From the NCBI RefSeq assembly GCF_036321535.1, contig NC_087437.1:72976001-73040000 (forward strand): 64,000 nucleotides of DNA, given 5' to 3'. The stretch is from Camelus dromedarius. Its lineage: Eukaryota. The notes below the pieces were generated by a model. It ran no database searches. It saw only the letters and a program-made list of their open reading frames with translations, and was not told the origin of the DNA. A program made the translations under genes and the position numbers. This document shows, piece after piece, positions 13,511 to 27,400 of this stretch (position 1 is its first letter; each line of letters starts with the position of its first letter).

Positions 13511-16500
13511 CTGCACAAACCAATACACGGGAAAAAAGCAGCTGAGCCTGGAGCTGGGAAGGGTAAGCCGGTTGATCAGAAAACCACAAGAATTAAGAGC
13601 CAAACACACGCACAGAATGTAGTAAACGAATACTTGTAAGACTCTTCAAGCTTGCTGGGAATGAAATACACACAAATAAAAGGAACGCAGTCTCATTAGC
13701 AGCTTGTTTAGCCCGGGGTAAAACCATAATTTCATACATTGCTAGTGTAAGGTAAATTAATAAATGCCCTTTTGGGAAAGCTATTTAAAAATGTGTTTGG
13801 AAAGAGGAGCTTTAAAATATTCATGTCATTTGATCAAGTAATTTTGTTTCAGGAAAGCTATTCTAAAGAGCTACACTAATGTTTGGAAGAACAAAGATGT
13901 GTGCTGAAGACTATTTGTAATAGAGACAAACCAGAGGCTGCTGAGGTGATTCTCACAGAAAAATGCTCACCGGTGGTGCAGGGGCTGTCTTCACGCAGGT
14001 GCTGACACAGAAGGTGGGGAACTGCTGAGCCCACCTCAGCAGTGCTGGGGCAGGCATTTAAATTCCAGGAAAGAATTTTATGCTTCTGTACACAACATTT
14101 TCCTTTTATGCTTTTGTATATACTATTTTCCTATTGTAAAAATAAGTCAGTAGGAATGGTTTCTTGGCAGATAAGAGAAACATTTTGAAGAGCTCAACAT
14201 GGGTAAGTTAGATGTCCCTCTTTCTGAACTCATCTCTTAATAGCCCATATCTGCTATTCAATAATCAAATGCACGTTCTATTTCTCTGCCTTAAAGAGGG
14301 TAAGAATCCTCCCAGAGACTGAGATGATCTTACTGATGTAAAGTCTAAGTGACCACGAGAGGCACATTTCTAACTATAGAGAGAAAATACTTCAGTAGTA
14401 AGAAGGTAAAAATTAACTCGAACAAATGCCTTTCATTGTGTCATTGGTTTCTATCGAATGTCAGCCATTATTATTTGGTTGGCTTGGTGACTGGCCCTGA
14501 CCCCGGGGGCTCCATACAGGTGGCTGCACTTTGCCAGCAAAATCTAGGAGGAAACTGCCTTTGTTCTGACACTGCCAACCTTGTTCTTAACTACTGCTGC
14601 CCACACTAGAGCCAAAATTCTCATGTTCATATAGAATATTCTTGACTGTCACCAGTTATCATTTTTACTAAATTTTAGAGTAGGTGTTTCATACACAATA
14701 CAGGATTTTATACAACTCTACTACTTTAGGTTTTATTATTTCCATTTACTTGGAAATAAATCATTCTGGGATGGCTCTACTGTGTTATCTTCTCAGAAAT
14801 AAAGCAAAAAAAAGAAAAAATGGTGACAAGCGATGCTTTATTTTTATGTAGTCTTTAGAACATGGAGGGTATTCCATAACTATTAAGAAAAAGCGTATTT
14901 ATTAATCCTTAGGCAAAGTGAATTTTTCAAGCAAGAAAATTACTAGCACATTTCAGGTTAAAAAAAAATTGCTGTTACTAATAGAAACGTGGAGCAAGTC
15001 CCCTTGGATTTCCCATACTGGTTGTCTCTGTTAACGAGACTCACTGGATACACGCTGAACGCTCTGCTTCCCTGGACTGCACAGAAATAGGAGATCTTTA
15101 TACCTCCTCATTGAGAGATTTATTATGAATACATTATGTATAGATGGAGAACAGCCAGTTCTCTCTTCTTTTTAGATTTTATCAGCAGCCCAGCTGTTTG
15201 GGCTTGAGTGTGTAATATTGGGCGAGGCGTGCGTTGAACTTGATTCTTCCCTGGGAATCAGGGCATAGCCATTACCCAAGCATGGAGGAGAGGCAAATCC
15301 CCTCTGGGATTCTCTTGTTGGTGCTGAGCCCAGTTTCATGTCCAGAGGGAGATGTGCTAACAACCTCTAAGGCTTTTCTCTGCATCTGAGGATTGTGCAG
15401 CAGTGAGACAGTGCTGGGGCCCAAGGGACCATTTCTGAATACACAGGGACACACGTGGTACCCAGCCCATTCCATGGATGAGGGAAGGTGTGCACATCCC
15501 CTGGGAACACAGAGTCTCTCTTCATCTCTTTGCTCCCGTTTCCATTCTGACCTCCAATGCCCAGAACTGCCCACTTTCCTCCCCTTGACAGGAAAGGACA
15601 GGACACTGGAGCAGATCGCTTGCTGACTGTTTTATAGCAGTTGCCCTACCTAAAACTACAGCCATCAAAGCCAGCAATCATTCATTAACCGCTATCAATA
15701 TTTTTGCCTTTGTACTTTTTTTTTCCCCAGGAAGTTTTTGGCCTCATTCACATAGAGTGAGAAAAATAACATTAAATTTCTTAAGTGCATTTGACTACTT
15801 ATTTCTCCAAAAACGAGACAAAAATGTCTCCCATCCCCACACATAGAGTATTTACAAGTTATACAATGTGCAAATAGTACTTATAAAAAGAAAATCTTAG
15901 TATTTTACCCCCTAGATTTATAATCAGTTTCCTCTTCTTCCTATACCTGAAAGAAGGTATTTTACTCTTCAAAGTCTTCAAGGCTTCTCCTCCTCCTCTG
16001 CCCTGGGATGTATGGACTAAATTCATGCCAGGAATTTCCCCCGGAAGAGGTGGAAGACCCTGCTCTACTGGTCTTCACCTTGTTCGGTCTTCACCTTGTT
16101 CTCTAAGAGGAGTGCTGTGCAGGGTTGGGAGGGATAGCAGCTCCCATGAGTTCTGGCTTGTTTTATGATAAGGTCAGAAACCAGTGCAGGACCTCATCCC
16201 ACTGTGACTTCTGCCATGGGAAGTGTTTTTGACGCCACTCCCTGGCAGTGCCTAGGCATCTCCACTCATCCCTTTCTGTGCTCCTTTCTCTCTGTCTAAA
16301 CTAGGTTTAAGTGGTCCTCCTTATCATAAGAACAAAGCAAGCGCTTTCCATCACGTCTTACCCCTTGAAGCCACTGTCTTCTCTTTCTTCCTCCCTCTTG
16401 CAACAGAGGCCAGTCCTGCGGCCTCTGTCTCCCCTGATCTCCCTCCTTCCCGCTTGAGGCCATCTTCTTTCCCTCTATTGCTATTCTTGATCCGTATAAC

Positions 16501-16807
16501 CTTGGAATCAACGACTCCAAATGGCTTTATTATTCTTGGTTTCTCTGAGGGTTTGCTAAGTCAGCTGTTTTCTGGAAACTTCCATTCCCTTGTGATCCAT
16601 GACGCATACTTCTAGGTGTTCCTATCGGTCTGTTACCACTCTCCTTTGGCCTCCTTTGCTGGCTCCTCTTCCTCCTTCTTGTCCCCCAGTTTAAATGTTT
16701 TCCAACAGTCTTTATTAAACACCCTCAGAGATTTCATCCACTTCCCATTTTTTTTTTTTTTTGACCACAGCACCATTATGCAGACACCAAAAGTTTCATT
16801 TCTAAGA

Positions 16808-16888
16808 GGGGAGGGTATATAGCTCAGTGGTAAAGCGCATGCTTAGCATGCACAAGGTCATGGGTTTGATCCCCAGTACCTCCATTAA

Positions 16889-16937
<49 letters not shown>

Positions 16938-16975
16938 CCTAATTACCTCTCCCCCCCAAAAAAACCAAAGCAAAA
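16808..16975 (+). mobile_element. tRNA-derived SINE, camelid Vic-type
   Basis: ggggagggtatagctcagtggtaaagcgcatgcttagcatgcacaaggtc... with A/B-box-like motifs, internal (TAA)n, A-rich tail and a perfect 17-bp TSD caaaagtttcatttcta (16788-16804, 16976-16992). Confidence 0.9.
16891..16932 (+). repeat. (TAA)n microsatellite inside the SINE
   Basis: Read directly; explains the poly-Ile and poly-Tyr ORFs in the track. Confidence 0.95.
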
Positions 16976-18741
16976 CAAAAGTTTCATTTCTAGCCCAGAC
17001 TCTCCTGAGTTCGAAATTTAAAGTTTCTGACTTCCTGCTGTGTTTCCACCCTGCCTGCCTGCTCACAAGACAAAACACAGATTTTCGAAGTCCAGCAACT
17101 TACGCTGTCCCTATCACCCTCGCAAAGTGCCTCTTCTGGATTTCTACCAACAGTTCACTCAGTTACTCAGACTTAAAACCTTGGATTCTATTTAAATCCT
17201 TCCCTGCCCCTTGCCCCCTTCATCCAACCAGCTACCAAAACTTTGCATTTGAGTTTTACAACAGCCGTGAAACATGACTCTTCCTTTAACCTTCAACTGC
17301 CACCCTCTTTTTACCTGTTCTAAAATCCGGACCAAAAGAACCCTAACTTGTCCTTTCAGTCCAGTCTGTCTTCAATTTGCTGACATTCAAAAATCAACCA
17401 CCTCAAGATACAGTGCTGATCATGTCATTTCCCTCCTCCTTCCCAATCAGGTTCAAACTCTGGACACTGGTGTTTAGGACTCTCTTCAGTATGACTCCAA
17501 TGCTTTATTTCAGCCTCATCTCTCACCAGGCCTTTACATGCACCTGGTGTCTGCTGGTGTGCAATACACGTGCATTGCAGGCGTTCCCCCTCCTGGACTC
17601 TATGCACTTTCTTTTGCTGACAGCTTCCGTAAACTATTCTCTCACCCCAACTCTGTCTACCAACATTTATAACTCATCAGGCAAGCTGCTTACACTATGT
17701 GTCAGTTTCTTCATCTGTAAAATGGGCATGATAGTATCAATTGTCGCACAAATTGTGAATATTGGAATGTATGAAAAGTGGTTGGAACAATGCTGATACA
17801 CAGTATATGCTAACTATTGTTATTATTAGTTTTTCTCTGTTAGCTAGAAACTAGAAGGAGGAGGGGTGATTAATTGAAATTCCTTATCTTAAATACTTAG
17901 GCTCTGGAAGATTTTCTTTCCTCTATCTGAGGTACTGCTGCTCCACACCATCTTATTGGTTGACACAGAATGATAGCTTAGCCTCTACCTTATTGACAGT
18001 AGCTGCCACTCACTCTCTTGGTCACAGCCCAAGCTTTGTCATCACCCACTTCTAAAATCTCAAAATGCAGTATCCTACTTTCTGATCACAGCTTACTTGT
18101 CTTCTACCTCACTGTGACTCGACTTCTCTTTTCCCCCAGTCTGAGCGCCCAGAGTGGGCTCTACTTCATCCTTCAGCTGCAACCAAGGTTGTCAGCTGCC
18201 ACTTTTACCTGCAGAATTGTTAATTACAACCCTCTGAAAGCTGTAAGATCACTGTCCAGGCATATCGTCTGTCTGTACATGCAGGTCATGTGCACAGCCC
18301 CAAAATGCACATGGAAATATTAACACGATATTTTTAACAAACTTTTTGACTAACAACAAATGTTCTGCTTCTCTTCTCTATTATTTCTCATTTATAGAAT
18401 GGACTAAATAAGGTTTTAGAAAATAATAGGCATCAAATATTGGGTAGCTACTCTCAGACTTTACTGGGTAGGGAATTTTGTTGTCATCTCAAGAATATTC
18501 CACACAGAGCCGGAAATACGGAAATATTCAGGCCCTTCATTAATGTTTTACACTCCATGGATTGATACCATCCCTAATTTTAGCCTTACAAAGTTGAGGC
18601 TTTTTCCTCCAATTTTTGGAAACATTTTTCGGGAATCCTTTCATTTTCACAATTACCACAAAAGGCACTAAAAATGTTGTTTCCTCTCTTTATGGACACA
18701 AAACCCTGGACAATATATGTGAAAGCACTTTGTAATCTAAA

Positions 18742-18928
18742 GCAGTGATTCTCAACCTTGGATGCACATCAGAATCCCCTGGGGGAGCTTTTAAAAAATA
18801 TCAGTGTCCAAGATCCTACCCGAGACCCATGGAGTCAGAATCTGCCTGGGGTGGGAGTTGAGAATGGAAAACTTGAAAAGCTCCTCAGGTGTTTCCATGA
18901 GGCACCCAGTTTTGACACCCGCTGCCGT
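18742..18928. mobile_element. MER5A-like hAT DNA transposon relic
   Basis: cagtgattctcaaccttggatgcacatcagaatcccctggggagctttta...; similar relics at about 44405-44545, 48290-48430 and 57140-57310. Confidence 0.7.
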
Positions 18929-21900
18929 AGCTGTAAGATTTTTCTTTGCCAACAAGCTCTCTGACTTCTAACGATCAGCTTCTCTGGTTGGTCTTCTAGT
19001 ACTTTAAAATCTTTAAATAATAACCTCTGGTGGCCTGCCTTTCCCATATCTGGATAGAAACTCTCTTCACCGTCCTTCCTGTTCTAGGAATCCCTCTTAC
19101 CCTTTAACCAGATGAATAACCATAGCTTGTTTGTGGAGAAGAAAAATAATGGGGTGCCTTGCTTTCTTTATCATGCCTTCTAGTACATAATTAGATGAGG
19201 ATATTTAAGGTAAATTAGGGCTCTTAAGAGGTGTGCTGGGTTACAAAGTTCAGAATAAAGTCACTGAGGCAGCAAAATCACAAGGAAAGAGACATTTGAA
19301 TGAGAAAAGGTTAGCAAGATGTTTACCCAGTGTTAGGGTTATTTCTAAGGGACCAGGTAGGAGAAATGAGCTGGCCTTGTAAGGACCAGGGACAGCCAGT
19401 TTGCTCGTTATCTGAAACACCAGTTGCTGCTTGACTCTTTCTAAGGTTTGCAATTTGGGAATTAGGTGATCTCAAGTGAGCACACAAGAGTTTTTAGTTA
19501 AAGTACTTTCATTACCCACTTCTTGCAAATTGGAATTGGAGCCATTTTGCTGGACTCAATCAAAAAGAATTTAAAGCAAGCTTCTTAGGAACCTGGTCTC
19601 TAAATAAAACAAAAGGAATTCAAATCACATACCCTGAAATGATATATATCATCACAACACAATGGCATTTCAGATTCTGCAACAACTATACTTAGAGCCA
19701 TGGAGGAAGAATGAGACAAGAGTTCAACGAAGAATATGAGAAAGAGCGAAAATCTTTGTCTCATCTCTGGGTGGCATCCGAGGAGGTGGGGATGGTGACC
19801 CCAGGACAAACAATGCCTAATTAAGAAAATCTCTTTTCCTCGCCTCCCTTAGGTACTAGTCTGCCTTTTGATGGGCCCTTTAACGTTGAAGCCCGTCAGC
19901 CCCCTCCAAGTCCATTTCCTGACGGCCACCCTCCCACCCTGTGTTTACTCACACCATTCAGGCTGTTGGTGCCTCTAGGCTATGCACTCTCAGTGGGGTG
20001 ACACTGCCCCAAGGGAACAAAAATTGGTTCTTGGGGGATGAAAAAATCTTACTCTTTTAATGTATAAAGTATATAGAGAGTATCTAAACAGATACTGTAT
20101 AGTATATCTGTGATAAAATTTCATTTTTGTGGGGGAGGTGAGCAGGGTAGAAATGGCTAGAAAGACTTAGTATGGCAATAAAGAAACAAAGGTTGAGAAA
20201 TATCACTCTAGACTGAGCTCCCTGGCAGCCAAATGGACATCTGATTTGTCTGGGCTGGATCTCAGCCCCTGCACCTCTTTTATCCTTAATTGGCATGTCT
20301 CTCAATGCCTCCAATAACTGTTTCCCACTGGACACCATCCATAAGTTGACCCGGCATCATAAGGTTTTGTTTGCGCCCCCTGCCTCTAGACACTAATGGT
20401 TCCCAACCAACTCAGTTCTCTCTTTTCCAGTGATCCTTTAAATATTCCCACTTGGCATCTCCAGACTCATCAAACCTACCAGCCCTGAAAAACCCAGGGT
20501 TGTAGTTTACAAGATACCAGTTCAGCAAGAAGAGATTTACAAATGGTGAGCCCTGAGCCCTAACTTAATGAATCACCACAACACCGGAAAAACTAAAGGG
20601 AGGTTCCCACAGTGGTTACGAGCATGGGTTCTGGTGCCTGGCTGCCTAAATTCATAATCTTGGCTCTACTGCTTACTGGCTATGTGACTGAAATGCTGTG
20701 CCTCGGTCTCCTCGTTTGTGAAATGGGGACAACAGTACAGAAATCAATGGTTTATAGTAAAGGTTAAATGATCAACTCGAGTAAGCATTCAGAAGAGTCC
20801 CTGGCCAGCAGAATGAGCTCAAACATGTTATTATTAGTAATAGTAGTACTTTTCATTATTAAGGAATCTGTGTCATCTTCTACTTGAATGATACTACCTG
20901 AGAAAAAAATAATTCTGATTTTTAAATAATGTTGTGAAACCTCATTAAATATTTATCTTCAGGGATCTCGTGTGGCAGTTACCTGAGAAAAATGAAGTTT
21001 GCAGTTTAAAGGGATTTATTTTAGGTTACATCCAGGATCAACATCAAAAGGAATAAATTCAAATCACAGTACTATACAGGTTAAATATAAACGGGCACTA
21101 AAAGTAAAATTATAAGTGATCTCTAGTCTGCTCCTATGTCAAGAACTGAGGAATAAATAAAGTCAGTGTTTATACAATTTGAAAATATAGGAGAAAGAAT
21201 CTAGGGTATTCTTGAACTTTTAATTTTTAACATCATAGAATGACATATCTTCAAGGGATTTCTAAAGAAAAATAAACACACAATCCCCCGCCCCCTCCAC
21301 CACCCAGATCCAATCTGTTGCAAAAGGCAGGCTGGAGAGCAGATTTTTGGAGCATGAAAACCTATAATCCATTATTTGAAATGGAAAAACAGTCATGCTT
21401 TCCTAACCCATCAAAAAAAAACCCTACAGTTTTAATAAATATCATTAAAACACTCAAACACTCATATAACCATTCATAAAGAATCTTTCCAAATATAAAG
21501 TATTTTAAACACTGAATGCCAGTCTTTCTGAAGTTTTCTTCAGTAATCTGAAGTAATACTTCCAGAAGTTTTTCTGTATTTTCTTACACATTGAAAATAT
21601 TAGTGCACAATTCTTAGAAGCTGAGCATGACCACTTTATGTCAGCCCCCCTCTCTCAACGAGCTTTATCACTTCGGTTTTTTCCTTTGCATGTATGGACT
21701 GTTCAGTCCTCTTGGGTTCACTGATTTTATTCACAGGCTCTTCACTTTCTTAGAAGACACTTCCACTCAGTAACGTGGTAAGTTGAGAGCACTAATGCGC
21801 CTACCAGGAGAGCAGTGGGGCCAGGGGTGGAACACATTATCCAGCTTCTGGCCTGGCTCCACCTGTAACTTGAATGTTTCTGCTAGCCCACACGTATGAA

Positions 21901-24296
21901 TTCACCATAATGAGATCTTTGATTTAAGTCGTGAATTCCAGGTAAAACAAATCTTACAAGCTGTTACAGCAAATGTTTAGATAGCAAAGCTTCCTAGTGG
22001 GGATGCCTACAGAGGTGTTTGGAACCGGTGTCTCAGTTGCTAAAGCATTTATGTGCATGTCGACGAGTATATGTTGACACTAAAACTGCCCCAACTGAAA
22101 TGAAACCCAGATAAAACTCTCATTCAGGAGGGAAAACAAAACAAAATAAAACAAAACAAAACATGCTTCATTTACTTAGAAAAGTGTGCTTAAAAGAATT
22201 GAAAAAATCCAGTTTCAGAGAAGAATTTTTACTAATATCAATAAAGAGATTCTGATAGACATAATCATTCTGCAAAATTTCTTTTAAAGACAATTATTGT
22301 TTTGAGCTTATTTTTTAAAAGAGCCATCTAAACTCCAGCTTTTTATTAGGACTTCATCAAAATACTTCTATCAAAATTAAGATGGGCTGGCCCACTGCAA
22401 GCTTGGTCCTCAACATACACTGAATGTGCATGCTTTTTCTGTTTAGGAATAGAGTGTTCATTTAGGACTTGCCTGTTTTAGCTCAGTTTGAACTTTAGGT
22501 CATATGATTTATAATCTCATATTCTGTCTCTGATTAATAGTCCATACCCTGTCAAGAGAGGCCAGAGTAATGCAGGCAGCTTGCAAGGAAACGAGTGCAT
22601 AAAATATGGTATTGAATGTCAAATCAATTTTTCTAAATTAATGTAAAATATACATACCAAGAATATGCTGGGAAAATTAATAAGACCTTAGCTGCAAAGA
22701 CTGTTGCCTGTCCAAAAACTACAACAAGAGGATACTAAAAGTGCTAAAAATCTTGCTTACACTCTATTTTAATGAAGCTAGGCCACTCCGATGACAAGAA
22801 TGTGTCTGGGAGGGAACAAAGGCTCAACTAGATCCAACGACAGTCAGTGCAAACAGCAGAAGACAGAACAGTATCGGGCTTTATAAACAGAGAGAAAAGC
22901 TAAGGGTCCAAGTCAAAGAAAGAGAGTAATGTTCTCCCATCTCCTAAGGAGGAAGAGAGAACAAACCTCAAATGGAGTTGGGATCAGAAATGAGAGGCCC
23001 AGCTGAACCACAGCTCTTCCTGATTCTGTCCCCACCTCTTGGAGAGTTTTGGGGACAGCGTGGGGATGTATTAATCCATTTTAAAGGGCTGAATTGTTTT
23101 GAGAAAATAAGAGGATTTTATGCTTTGATTTACATACAGCCCAGAAGACTCTATCTTCATAGAACTTCTAAGAAATCTTTCAACAATATTTCTTAGAAAA
23201 TGAGCTAAAAAAATGAGGTTTGGGCCCTCAAACACACGGTCTTACTAAAAGTGTTTGTGTTTTAATGAACCTGTGATTTTTAAGAAAAATTTTTTTCAAA
23301 AGTACTAAAAATAAGGCAATCAAAACATTCCCACTCAAAGTCATTCGATCAAAAACTCTGGATATTCTCCTAAGGTTTGGAGAGACCACTATTTAATTTT
23401 ATAAATGACTAAGAACATATGTCTTAAGTTGCACATGGAGCTTCTCAGCAAGGTCGAGTTTCCAAAGAAGAGCCATTTAGGAACTGCTCACTCCCTCAGC
23501 GTCAGGGTCCACTCTCAGACTCAACCAGTGACAAGGAACATGCAGGGACCCCTCTATGGCCCTTCCAAGAGCATTGGTCCAGCTGGACTCCAGGTCCCTT
23601 ACTGCTCGGCTCTGACTTCCAGAGGAAGCTGTCACCAGCTCACCTCCCTCCCCGCATCTCTCTGCCTCTTGACAGCAGCTCTGGCAGCACCATGGGCTTC
23701 CAGGGAGAGCTACGCTGAGGGGTACAGCAGCGGAGCAGTGGCTGAAGGGACCCATGAACATGGGATGTCAAAGTCGCTGGGACATCTGCCAATTTGGTGC
23801 CAGCTGATGCAGGTTTTCACCAGTGACACTTTGCAAAATGAGCAGGATGTTTAAAAAGAGAGAGAGCGCTCTCTTTAACTCACATAGTAAACTCTTTATC
23901 TTGAATATGAACACGTGATAAGGAAAAAAAAAAGTCATTTTCAGTCCATGCTACCCTCTAAGCAGAGGTCCTGGTAACTGTGGTATCTTTTGTTTGCCAA
24001 GCACAACTGAAATATTCATCTTTGGCATTAATGGCTTTTGCATACTTGCAGCAGGATTAAGCAGTGGGTGGGGGTGTGCACATTTGGAGACAGAAGCTTA
24101 GAAAAACCTAAACTGTTCTGCGGAGGAAGGGGAGGGAGGTTGGGAGCCAGGAGGGAAGGCTGAGAGAGACTGGGAAGGGGAAAGAGAGAGGGAATCCTAG
24201 GGGAAGCAGGGCTGAGGAGAGACCTGGGGCGTTTTCAAAGATATGGTACAATTTCACCTGTACATTTCTCTATAAGCCATGACATATATTTTTAGG

Positions 24297-24430
24297 GTTT
24301 TTTTTTTTTTTGTGGGGAGGGGCGGTAATGAGGTTTATTTATTTATTTATTAATGGAGGGACTGAGGATGGAACCCAGGCCCTCGTGCATGCTAAGCAGG
24401 CACTCCTGCACTGAGCTATACCCTCCCCCC
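24297..24430 (-). mobile_element. tRNA-derived SINE, Vic-type
   Basis: Reverse-complement homolog of the 16808 element with a poly-T tail; flanking direct repeat catatatttt (24283, 24438). Confidence 0.88.
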
Positions 24431-27400
24431 AAGAATTCATATATTTTAAGTGACAGTGTGAAGCCATAATATTAACCTGTTGGAAGCAAACACATGTCTT
24501 GGTCCATCCCTGTTTTCAGGCTCCATCCTACCATGAGCTCTCCTCTGCAGGACCGTCACTCCTTGCTTCATCTTACCCAGTGCCCGGCCCAGATCCTGCA
24601 GGCAGGGGCAGACCTCGTGGGGGAGTGGGCAATGTCACATAAAAGGGACAGGAAGGTGGAAACGTACAAGAGGAGGCTCCTCTGGTTGAGATGGACTTCC
24701 TTCATGAAAGACCTTTCCCAAGGTATGCTGGAGTTAAAACTGGACCACAAAGGCTAATTATATAAGCATCGATAAGCAAGATGCATAGGTTGTGGGGGGG
24801 CAGTCTAAGGAGAAAAACGATGTCTAAAAGGACAAAAGCATAAAGTAGAAAATGAGATGAAAATCAGGAATGGAGTGTTGTAACTACAGCAGCTAGAAAA
24901 CGTATTGTTCAGTTTAATCCACACAAATATGGACTTCCAAGTATGAGGCACGGAGTATCTTTTCCTTCGCTGACTACAGATTTATGCCCACAAAGGGAGC
25001 CCAGCTCACGCCGCACACTGCGGGGACGAGTCCCGCACGGTCCACCGCTGTCACCGCCGCGTGCGCACGCGCCGCCCAGCACCCGGAGGGCCGCGGACGC
25101 CCAGGGGCTGCAACTCCCATCCTTCACATCCACGCGCCGGGCGGAGAATGAACTTCCAATCAGTAATAAATGCCTCGGCCTCACGTGCTGTCTTTGTCTC
25201 ATGTGAAGGTAACAGATTCCCCCAAAGGATGCAGGGCCTCAGGAGCGAGGCGAGCAAACTAAGCAGCCTTTCATCTGCTCTTGCAATGTTATCATCTACA
25301 TTAACCTTCCAGCGATGGTGGTGTCCAGGATAAGTATTTGGATGACGGAGTCCAGTCCAATTTCCTTTCCCCTGGTTAGGTGAAAACAAAGAGGGAGGCA
25401 CAGGTGGAGGTGGGGGTCCCTTCGCCCGTCCCCTCCCCTCCCCTCCCCCCTTACACACTATTATCGGACTATTTCCCTCAACTCTCCAATAAGCTAGTGA
25501 AGAAAGATGCAGACAGAATAGCCAGACTCCACACTTCCGCTGACATTTAAAGGTCAGGTCTCCTTGTATTACTGTACATAATGATATCTCCCTCCCGCAT
25601 GTGTGAAAAAGATGGCTGTCAGAATTACTGGAGGGAGGGGGAACCTTTGAAAGTTCTCTGGGGCAAAAGGACTGGATTTAGTGCCACTCTGCCCAACGCT
25701 TAGGCTGAGATAGCTTATTTCCTAAAACAAAGAGTTAAAGAAAACGAAAATCAAAGGATGAATTCATCCAGCTGTTGTTTTTCACTTCTGTTCTTTACTG
25801 ATTTTAATATGGTTACCCTCTCAATAACGACTTCTAAAAAAACTGGACCAATGCCCTAAGAAAGTTCCAGTTTTCAAACCTTTTCTTTCAGAGCAGAGTC
25901 TTCTTTGACTGCTGGGCCCTTAGTGCCAAAGATCAGGTGTCACCTCTGAAAGAGATTTCATCTGAGGGAAAGCCATTGGGCTTAGTTCCATTCAGACTTG
26001 CCCATCTGAAGGAAGAATTTATTTAGGAGGAATCATTTATTCAGTATGTATTTCTTTCAAAATGTACTCTCTCTGCCCTCAGCGCTCATGGAAACCTCTT
26101 AGTCCAAGAGCTAAAAGCATCCCAAGGACGTTCTGTTTACTCCCTAGAGTCTTCACTTCAGTTCCTTCATTGTGAACTTGCGAGTGATCCTTGGTGGAGG
26201 CTCACGTCTGATAATGAATAACAACTTCAATTGTGTTTATTGTATACCAAATGTCAGGCTTTACTTACGTGATCTCATTTGATCTCTGCCACAGCCCTTC
26301 AGGGCAGGAATTATCTGCATTTTACAGATGAGGGGACTGAGGTTCAGACTGATTTTTGCAACTAGTTCAGGGTGGCTGCCTGAGACACAAACCCAGGTCT
26401 GTCAGAGCCGGATCCACACAAATCTACTCCAGCGATGACGTTATTGCCTCCAGATCCTCACAGATGAAGCAGGTCAAATGCACTGTGCATTTACTTCCGG
26501 TAACACGCTGATCACGGGGTTTGTTTTCAGAGCTAAATGTCTGACCCTTACCCCAAGGCAGGAAAATTGACGGAGAGATTAAAGTGATTTTAAATTTTAT
26601 AAAGACATGAAGAATTTCCATGTAGGGACACACGAGGGCACTCTAACCTTCTCTCAGTTGAGGACACAACTGTTTTTTGTTTTTTTGTTTTTTGGTTTTT
26701 TTGCAGTTACCACAGCTCAGAGCCTTGAATCCCAGTGCTGGGTCTGCTCTGATTACTTGTATGAACTTCAGCTTTTAAGTTCAGACTGGAGCTCAGTTTC
26801 TCCTTTTGCAGATTTAGGAAGGTGGGTGAAATGAACTTCAGGGTCTCTTCTATCTTAAGAGTCAAAGGATTCTAACTTATGAACAGCTAATTAAAGGAAT
26901 TTATGACCCTATTTTAACAAGGATCATTAATCACTGGAAAGAAATAAGACATTTCTTTTATACTTGCTACACTTCAGGAGAAAATGTGCTTGTAGATTTA
27001 ACTCATCATATTTGCAAAAAATCAAATTATTCCCAGGCCTGACAGTGGCATTTATTTATTTTTGGCTTATCCGAGAATTTCATCAAACTGCTGGAGAAAT
27101 TCTCTCCCCTCACACCGACTTGGATTCTCACTTTCAAGAGGACCAACTTCTTGGATCTGCACCACGCTGATTGAACACATCGGCCAGTAGCTCATTTCTT
27201 GTTTAGCATTTAGGTGACAGTTCCCTTCACTCCAAAATGACTGGCATTTCATTGCTTTTTGGGACATTTCTATGAAATATATTGTGAAGACTTTGAAAAA
27301 AGAAAAACACCTTCCTAATCACTTAGCTCGGCTGAAAGTTTCCACAGGGCAGGGTTATTTTAAGATTCATTTGACAAACAGCCGAATGGCTGAGATCCAG

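Noticed and set aside
13008..13589. 193-aa ORF as a stand-alone gene
   Set aside because: It is PLCXD2 exon 2 read through into flanking introns; the splice sites at 13510 and 13050 define the real exon.
16808..16880. tRNA gene
   Set aside because: The tRNA-like head is followed by a SINE body, tail and TSD, so it is a SINE.
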